Notes under the pieces: model-generated
Database searches by the model: none
Told to the model about the DNA's origin: nothing
Seen by the model: the letters and a program-made list of their open reading frames with translations, nothing else
Part shown: piece after piece, positions 51,401-53,797 of the stretch
How the letters are laid out: each line of letters begins with the position of its first letter
How positions within the stretch are numbered: the first letter of the stretch is position 1
Made by a program: the position numbers and the translations under genes
NCBI GenBank assembly: GCA_013239625.1
Contig: MU053653.1
Location: 124,001 to 177,797 of the forward strand
Length of the DNA: 53,797 bases
Direction: 5' to 3'
Source: Lama guanicoe
Lineage: Eukaryota

Positions 51401-51527
51401 TACATCCCAGTACACAGCATGCACCCAGTTGTCGTGGCCGTTATTTCACTGCTCTTGTTGACTCACCTGCACTGAGGGCAGCGAGCAGAGGGGCCAGGGC
51501 CATCCAGAGCACATGCTGCGGTGGCAT
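365..51527 (-). CDS. Giant multi-exon gene encoding a secreted or cell-surface cysteine-repeat (GCC2/GCC3, Ephrin_rec_like) protein; partly decayed, possibly a recent pseudogene; 3' end probably outside the window
   Basis: About 48 minus-strand segments bounded by AG/GT translate to CPxG[HYF][YF]C / CPxGT[FY] repeats with matching intron phases, and there is an N-terminal hydrophobic leader exon. Resembles mouse Gm9195 / zebrafish si:ch211-286b4.4 from memory only. Confidence 0.9.
1920..2108. mobile_element. MER5A-like hAT-Charlie DNA transposon relic
   Basis: Recognisable motifs 'gcatttctgacaagcttccagg...gctgatgctgctggt...gaccacac...gagagccact'. Confidence 0.7.
3018..3142 (-). CDS. Exon [42 protein letters not shown] (copy A)
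   Basis: cctccag acceptor, gtagcg donor, 125 nt, phase 1>0. Confidence 0.8.
3285..3441. mobile_element. MER5B-like relic (duplicated at about 5522-5678)
   Basis: 'ttagaattatcc...ttttaaaaacttcctgg...gtgcagccagggctgaga' motifs. Confidence 0.5.
5255..5379 (-). CDS. Identical duplicate of the 125-nt exon (copy B)
   Basis: Same sequence and splice sites as 3018-3142. Confidence 0.8.
6664..8343. repeat. Tandem duplication, 867-bp period (6664-7530 / 7531-8343)
   Basis: Direct comparison shows about 10 substitutions; the second copy lacks a segment of about 50 bp at its end. Confidence 0.95.
8380..9070 (+). mobile_element. Old L1 (L1M) ORF1-region fragment
   Basis: A-rich; translation resembles L1 ORF1 (KMENF...[22 protein letters not shown]; 'aaacaatggaa...tgtcaaaccagaattcta'). 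Confidence 0.75.
9220..9710 (-). mobile_element. Old L1 ORF2 fragment, antisense
   Basis: 'ctcccaacttcattcttctttttaagattgtcttagctatt...tttccacataat' is typical of antisense L1 ORF2. Confidence 0.7.
10384..10596 (-). CDS. Exon [16 protein letters not shown]...[13 protein letters not shown] (last repeat exon)
   Basis: AG/GT, 213 nt, phase 1>1. Confidence 0.9.
11226..11425 (-). CDS. Exon [11 protein letters not shown]...[10 protein letters not shown]
   Basis: AG/GT, 200 nt, phase 2>1. Confidence 0.9.
11941..12067 (-). CDS. Exon [14 protein letters not shown]...TGPGQL
   Basis: AG/GT, 127 nt, phase 1>2. Confidence 0.9.
12305..12529 (-). CDS. Exon [16 protein letters not shown]...[10 protein letters not shown]
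   Basis: AG/GT, 225 nt, phase 1>1. Confidence 0.9.
12639..12809 (-). CDS. Exon [14 protein letters not shown]...YHCLSPG
   Basis: AG/GT, 171 nt, phase 1>1. Confidence 0.9.
12901..13026 (-). CDS. Exon [11 protein letters not shown]...[10 protein letters not shown]
   Basis: AG/GT, 126 nt, phase 1>1. Confidence 0.9.
13431..13567 (-). CDS. Exon [14 protein letters not shown]...CAKQCSPG
   Basis: AG/GT, 137 nt, phase 2>1. Confidence 0.88.
14980..15088 (-). CDS. Exon [13 protein letters not shown]...CPPGHYCR
   Basis: AG/GT, 109 nt, phase 1>2. Confidence 0.9.
16200..16375. repeat. Degenerate (TG)n/(TGCA)n simple repeat
   Basis: Alternating purine-pyrimidine tract. Confidence 0.85.
16829..16997 (-). 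CDS. Exon [11 protein letters not shown]...[10 protein letters not shown]
   Basis: AG/GT, 169 nt, phase 0>1. Confidence 0.9.
17315..17466 (-). CDS. Exon [17 protein letters not shown]...LLCPQ
   Basis: AG/GT, 152 nt, phase 1>0. Confidence 0.88.
17878..18042 (-). CDS. Exon [12 protein letters not shown]...[11 protein letters not shown]
   Basis: AAG acceptor, gtgagt donor, 165 nt, phase 1>1. Confidence 0.88.
18589..18735 (-). CDS. Exon [11 protein letters not shown]...[12 protein letters not shown]
   Basis: AG/GT, 147 nt, phase 1>1. Confidence 0.9.
19699..19919 (-). CDS. Exon [21 protein letters not shown]...TCPKG
   Basis: AG/GT, 221 nt, phase 2>1; an alternative donor 3 nt further is possible. 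Confidence 0.88.
20661..20875 (-). CDS. Exon [19 protein letters not shown]...GTCDAG
   Basis: AG/GT, 215 nt, phase 0>2. Confidence 0.9.
21964..22067 (-). CDS. Exon [16 protein letters not shown]...PIKHK
   Basis: AG/GT, 104 nt, phase 1>0. Confidence 0.88.
22564..22719 (-). CDS. Exon [21 protein letters not shown]...CELCPAG
   Basis: AG/GT, 156 nt, phase 1>1. Confidence 0.88.
23583..23807 (-). CDS. Exon [17 protein letters not shown]...FYCEASSTG
   Basis: AG/GT, 225 nt, phase 1>1. Confidence 0.9.
23912..24050 (+). mobile_element. MIR SINE relic
   Basis: 'ggctttggagccaaac...ctctctgaactcagg..tttcatctataaaa...ttgtgaggataaatgag' MIR core. Confidence 0.65.
24859..25058 (-). CDS. Exon [10 protein letters not shown]...[11 protein letters not shown]
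   Basis: AG/GT, 200 nt, phase 2>1. Confidence 0.9.
25439..25559 (-). CDS. Exon [13 protein letters not shown]...CKTCPAGK
   Basis: AG/GT, 121 nt, phase 1>2. Confidence 0.9.
26714..26869 (-). CDS. Exon [15 protein letters not shown]...SGHSPG
   Basis: AG/GT, 156 nt, phase 1>1. Confidence 0.9.
27330..27503 (-). CDS. Exon GSYCLLSG...[10 protein letters not shown]...PCPAG
   Basis: AG/GT, 174 nt, phase 1>1. Confidence 0.9.
27695..27861 (-). CDS. Exon FFCPANTSS...CTPCEPG
   Basis: AG/GT, 167 nt, phase 2>1. Confidence 0.9.
28264..28363 (-). CDS. Exon [11 protein letters not shown]...CEPCPEG
   Basis: AG/GT, 100 nt, phase 1>2. Confidence 0.9.
28553..28706 (-). CDS. Exon [12 protein letters not shown]...SGPCPAG
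   Basis: AG/GT, 154 nt, phase 0>1. Confidence 0.9.
28829..28935 (-). CDS. Exon [12 protein letters not shown]...KLSSE
   Basis: AG/GT, 107 nt, phase 1>0. Confidence 0.9.
29600..29710 (+). mobile_element. MIR SINE relic
   Basis: 'ctactgactgtgtgacctcaggcaa...ctgagccttagtttcctttt' core. Confidence 0.6.
29796..30353 (+). mobile_element. ERV1-type solo LTR (558 bp)
   Basis: TGTTGCCA...TGGTAACA inverted termini; 4-bp TSD AAAG (29792-29795, 30354-30357); internal CCAAGATGGC and GC boxes. Confidence 0.8.
30947..31165 (-). pseudogene. Repeat exon [12 protein letters not shown]...PEAGTE with dead donor (AT instead of GT)
   Basis: 219 nt open, phase 1>1; the expected donor position reads G|ataatg. 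Confidence 0.8.
31452..31666 (-). CDS. Exon ISCSGG...CSPGHFC...LCPRG (partly degenerate)
   Basis: ttttttccag acceptor, gttagt donor, 215 nt, phase 2>1; one Cys apparently replaced (TTKFHIC). Confidence 0.7.
32109..32249 (-). pseudogene. Frameshifted repeat exon [35 protein letters not shown]...HPG
   Basis: ttctacag acceptor; the Cys motif switches frame at about 32184-32190, and the next exon requires the shifted phase. Confidence 0.75.
32845..32889 (-). pseudogene. Exon remnant [12 protein letters not shown]
   Basis: Clear repeat motif, weak donor, no good acceptor, upstream frame broken. Confidence 0.6.
33425..33560. mobile_element. MER5-like relic
   Basis: 'aggatcacctggagaactt..taaa...gctgggccc...gggtctgggg' motifs. 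Confidence 0.45.
33687..33902 (-). CDS. Exon [22 protein letters not shown]...GLTAPTG
   Basis: AG/GT, 216 nt, phase 1>1. Confidence 0.9.
34069..34218 (-). CDS. Exon [15 protein letters not shown]...GQCPAG
   Basis: AG/GT, 150 nt, phase 1>1. Confidence 0.88.
34551..34793. other. Assembly gap (243 N), intronic
   Basis: N run. Confidence 1.
34820..34936 (-). CDS. Exon [15 protein letters not shown]...CPPGTFC
   Basis: AG/GT, 117 nt, phase 1>1. Confidence 0.9.
35613..35792 (-). CDS. Exon [35 protein letters not shown]...CATSG
   Basis: AG/GT, 180 nt, phase 1>1. Confidence 0.92.
35990..36139 (-). CDS. Exon [18 protein letters not shown]...GPCDAG
   Basis: AG/GT, 150 nt, phase 1>1. Confidence 0.92.
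36668..36871 (-). CDS. Exon [15 protein letters not shown]...GFYCPRG
   Basis: AG/GT, 204 nt, phase 1>1. Confidence 0.92.
38105..38244 (-). CDS. Exon [18 protein letters not shown]...PNPTG
   Basis: AG/GT, 140 nt, phase 2>1. Confidence 0.9.
38997..39123 (-). CDS. Exon GAEVTHPDG...[10 protein letters not shown]...GTFSDR
   Basis: AG/GT, 127 nt, phase 1>2. Confidence 0.88.
39780..40182 (-). pseudogene. Probable fossil repeat exons
   Basis: Fragments [13 protein letters not shown] and TCHPAFF in shifting frames; residual gtgagg donor at about 39963. Confidence 0.4.
41020..41160 (-). CDS. Exon [10 protein letters not shown]...[13 protein letters not shown]...[13 protein letters not shown] (two Cys apparently lost)
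   Basis: AG/GT, 141 nt, phase 1>1. Confidence 0.7.
41435..41636 (-). CDS. Exon [15 protein letters not shown]...GPCAPG
   Basis: AG/GT, 202 nt, phase 0>1. Confidence 0.9.
42678..42830 (-). CDS. Exon GTFREAPG...[10 protein letters not shown]
   Basis: AG/GT, 153 nt, phase 0>0. Confidence 0.9.
42992..43073 (+). mobile_element. Extremely 5'-truncated retro-insertion (50 bp, mostly A-rich tail) with 16-bp TSD
   Basis: AGAAATGAGCCTCCAA at 42992-43007 and 43058-43073 flanks tgaggggaggctaagg plus an A/(AAG)n tail. Confidence 0.85.
43615..43749 (-). CDS. Exon [13 protein letters not shown]...SIPCPR
   Basis: AG/GT, 135 nt, phase 0>0. Confidence 0.9.
44105..44228 (-). CDS. Exon GTSRQSPG...CPAGHHC...CSAGSFS
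   Basis: AG/GT, 124 nt, phase 2>0. Confidence 0.9.
44430..44820 (-). mobile_element. Old L1 (L1ME-like) fragment, antisense
   Basis: T-rich; 'tgaagtgtctgttc...tttgtggtttgccttttac' L1 pattern. Confidence 0.6.
45281..45422 (-). CDS. Exon [15 protein letters not shown]...VLCPR
   Basis: AG/GT, 142 nt, phase 1>2. Confidence 0.9.
45779..46003 (-). CDS. Exon [18 protein letters not shown]...GHYCPQG
   Basis: AG/GT, 225 nt, phase 1>1. Confidence 0.92.
46331..46467 (-). CDS. Exon [10 protein letters not shown]...[10 protein letters not shown]
   Basis: AG/GT, 137 nt, phase 2>1. Confidence 0.9.
46871..47063 (-). CDS. Exon [19 protein letters not shown]...ECTPG (first intact repeat exon)
   Basis: tctctctccag acceptor, gtaagg donor, 193 nt, phase 1>2. 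Confidence 0.88.
47098..47900 (+). mobile_element. L1MB-like 3' end (about 47229-47740) inserted in an older L1 ORF2 fragment
   Basis: 'acacccatgttcatagc...tggaagcaacccaaatgtcc...atggttaagatggtaa' 3' end; flanks 'ggatacaaagtcaacata' and 'ggaataaatctgacaa' resemble ORF2. Confidence 0.85.
48173..48267 (-). pseudogene. Decayed exon candidate SYFFCPLG...GCQPCPT
   Basis: Cys motif with AG/GT; phase incompatible with the upstream candidates. Confidence 0.45.
48551..48616 (-). pseudogene. Decayed exon candidate GTYNVWHG...SGRPS
   Basis: AG and gtaagt donor; GTYN motif with Cys positions replaced. Confidence 0.35.
49901..49993 (-). pseudogene. Decayed exon candidate (ACQNGT and [10 protein letters not shown] in different frames)
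   Basis: Strong acceptor ctctctccccacag and gtaagg donor; motifs split across frames. Confidence 0.5.
50670..50795 (+). mobile_element. MIR relic
   Basis: 'ggttcagatcccagct...aatacctacctcagagaattgtgtgg...aaatga'. Confidence 0.55.
50800..50960. repeat. (TA)n microsatellite and AT-rich low-complexity tract
   Basis: Direct observation. Confidence 0.9.
51467..51527 (-). CDS. First coding exon: signal peptide [20 protein letters not shown]
   Basis: ATG, hydrophobic core with small residues at the likely cleavage site, perfect CAG|gtgagt donor, phase 1. Confidence 0.75.
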
Positions 51528-51954
51528 GCTGGAGCAGTGACCAGCAAGGGTGAACCAGAGAATGTGCCGGATCCCTGGCTGGTCCACGCTGGACATGCGA
51601 CCCATGCTGTAACCTGAACCTCTGTAGCTGCCTTGGACCAGACCCAGAACACCCCCACCAATGTCCCCTGGGAAAGGCGGCCTCCCTGAGCGCATCAGAG
51701 GAAGACAGGTGGGATGTGCTCTTTGTCCAGCTCTCCTGCTCCTCTCCTTCCAGGCTGCAGCCAAGAAGAACCAGACTACCAGCGTCGGGTGCCCTCGTGA
51801 GACTTATCAGCTGTGGGATCCTTGAAATAGCTTATTCTTTTTCTGTTAAGCTGAGGTGACAAGAGTACCTATACCCTAGAATTGCGAGAGAGTTAAAGGA
51901 GTCTTGGGGGTCCCCAGAGCAGTATCTGCACACACGTGTTCAGTGTCATTACTA

Positions 51955-52060
51955 ATTCATTTTCAATCCACTGAGCATTTATTGAGCACGTAGTGTTTGT
52001 CTGGCAGCACACAAAGGCAGAGAAGTGACAGTCTGGACCCATGTCCTTAGGGCTTAACTA
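51955..52060 (-). mobile_element. L2 3'-end relic
   Basis: 'ttcattttcaatccactgagcatttattgagcac' L2 tail pattern. Confidence 0.5.
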
Positions 52061-52649
52061 AAAGTCTGAGACTAGAGAAAGCATTACAAACACAGTCATC
52101 ATAAACCAGTTAGCATTACGTGGCCCCACCGTGGGGCCAGGCATCCTTTACTTTTCTCAGGAATCTTGCCGAGGGGTACAGGCTTAATGGGTGCTGAGGG
52201 AACAGCGACTTGCTTGAGACGCCCCAGGAAGCAAAGGGCGGAAGCCAGGCCGCGTGGGCTGAGGCCCGCGCTGACTCAGCATACTTCCCAAGGTGAAGTG
52301 CGGTTCCGATGACCCCAGGACCCCCTGACGGGAGTGTAGATGTCCCTTTATTTGCCCAGAGCTGGTCCCTCCGAGCAGGTGGGATGCTGGTGGCTGGGTA
52401 GTGGGGCCAGGGCTCTGCAGTTTTGGTTTGGCTTGAGGGGTCACTCCTCAGGTCTAAAGTATTACAACTGAAGTATTTTTATGAAGATTTCCCCTCATCA
52501 GAGATCAGGGTGGGTGTGAGGATGACTGTCATGCTGATTGCAAAGCCATCAGACTTTGCACTGGGGAGGGGCTCAGAGAACCTCAAAGCCCTCCATGCCC
52601 CAGACCTGCCCTCCCTTGCCCCTGTGCCCAGTCACAATGCCACCTTTCT

Positions 52650-52927
52650 ATCCTCGCACATCTGCCTCTTCCAACTTCTGCGGGCTCCAGGCATCCCTGG
52701 GCTTGTCCGTTTCTGCCTCTGTGTTCATGTGGCTTCTCCTCTGTCTGTGTCTCTCCTCTTCTGTCTCTTACAAGGATACTGTCATTGGATGTAGGGTCAC
52801 CCTAACCCTGGATGACCTCATCTCAGATCTGTAACTAACTACATCTGCGAAGTTCCTTTTCACAGATAAGTTCTCGTTCACACATTCTGGGGGCCACGTC
52901 TTTGGGGGCCACTATTTAACCCAGCAT
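52650..52927 (-). mobile_element. MLT1-type MaLR LTR fragment
   Basis: 'ggcatccctgggcttgt...tcttacaaggatactgtcattggatgtaggg...acatctgc...ggggccactatttaaccc'. Confidence 0.8.
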
Positions 52928-53797
52928 CTGTGTATAAAATAACCCTCTCATTTTAGGAGATTACCAAGGTCCCATACAAACTAGCATGGACAGCAGCCAT
53001 GTGGGTGTGGGTCTGTGGGGAACAAGGACCCCTGAAGCACCTGGAAAGGACCAAGGCCTGGCTTTGTCAGAAGGTGAGCTCATCCACTACAGGGCCCCTG
53101 AAAACAACCCCTCAACCCTGTGGAAGGGGGCCTGCTGCCAAGTCCCTTGCAGAGCTGGCTCTTCTGGGATTTCCTCGTCAATAGCATCATGTAACCAATA
53201 ACTGCAGGCTTGGAGGAGTCGCTGGCTGGCACATGATGACAGCGCTGTCACTCTAGGCTGAGCAAGACTGGACTAGGAGTGTTTGGAGAAGAGTCTGGGA
53301 GATTGGGAGGCTTGGTTGTCACAGAAACTGATCAGTTAGTCCAGGTTGTCAAGGAAGCGTCTCTAAGCAGAAGGCAGAGCTGGGGGGTGAACTCCAGGGA
53401 TCTCTGAAAGGGCCTGCTCTGAAGCACTGTTACCTGAGTTGTGGTCTCAGTGTGGGCTGTGGTTTGAGAAAAGTGTGTTGAAATTAAGCCTTACTTTCTG
53501 TTACAGTTGGGGTGGGGTTTGTAAAGCACCTTGGCTTTTAGGGCAAACATCTGTTACTGGAACAAAGTGTCTCCCCACAAAATGGGCTGAAGCTAAAGAC
53601 GCCTCTGTCCCCTTCACAGGAGAATCTGGAGGAGTGGTTGGGTCTCAGGGCCTAGGCTCTGTCAATCCTGTTTCTCCTCCCCCACTCCTGGGTGGGGGGC
53701 TCCAAGCAGCACGGGGTGACCACGTGGGCACCATCCTTCTGTCCTGGAACACAGGCTGGCCAAGGCCCTCACCACCTCTGCCAGTTCCCCTTGTTAA

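Noticed and set aside
365..51527. Assignment to SCUBE, SVEP1, EPH, MEGF, ELAPOR or PCSK5
   Set aside because: No CUB, sushi, vWA, kinase, EGF or peptidase domains are visible, and the repeat number far exceeds those families
1..53797. CRISPR array, rRNA, tRNA or prokaryotic system
   Set aside because: This is spliced mammalian DNA; recurring 'gggcagtagtg' motifs are codon-level protein repeats

Overview
Mammalian (eutherian) genomic DNA, almost entirely occupied by one very large minus-strand gene. I reconstructed it by hand from splice sites and intron phases. It has a signal-peptide exon at about 51.5 kb followed by about 48 exons (about 7.6 kb, roughly 2,500 codons) running to position 365, and probably continues beyond the left edge. 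It encodes tandem C-P-x-G-[HYF]-[YF]-C / C-P-x-G-T-[FY] cysteine repeats (GCC2/GCC3 = Ephrin_rec_like type), followed by the start of a non-repeat Cys-rich region. From memory this matches the uncharacterised Gm9195 / si:ch211-286b4.4-like family (unverified). Most exons are intact and phase-compatible. Decay (frameshift, a GT>AT donor, lost cysteines, relic exons) clusters in three blocks at 48-50 kb, 39.2-41.2 kb and 30.9-33.1 kb, and each block can be skipped in frame. The last visible exon has an apparent +1 frameshift plus a stop, and the exon before it lies in a 2.24-kb near-identical tandem duplication. The locus is therefore either a repeat-pruned or truncated gene or a recent pseudogene. 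Introns contain L1 fragments, MER5, MIR, an ERV1-type solo LTR with a TSD, a 50-bp retro-insertion with a 16-bp TSD, a second tandem duplication and a 243-N gap. An MLT1 LTR and an L2 fragment lie upstream. Repeat-family calls are by eye.
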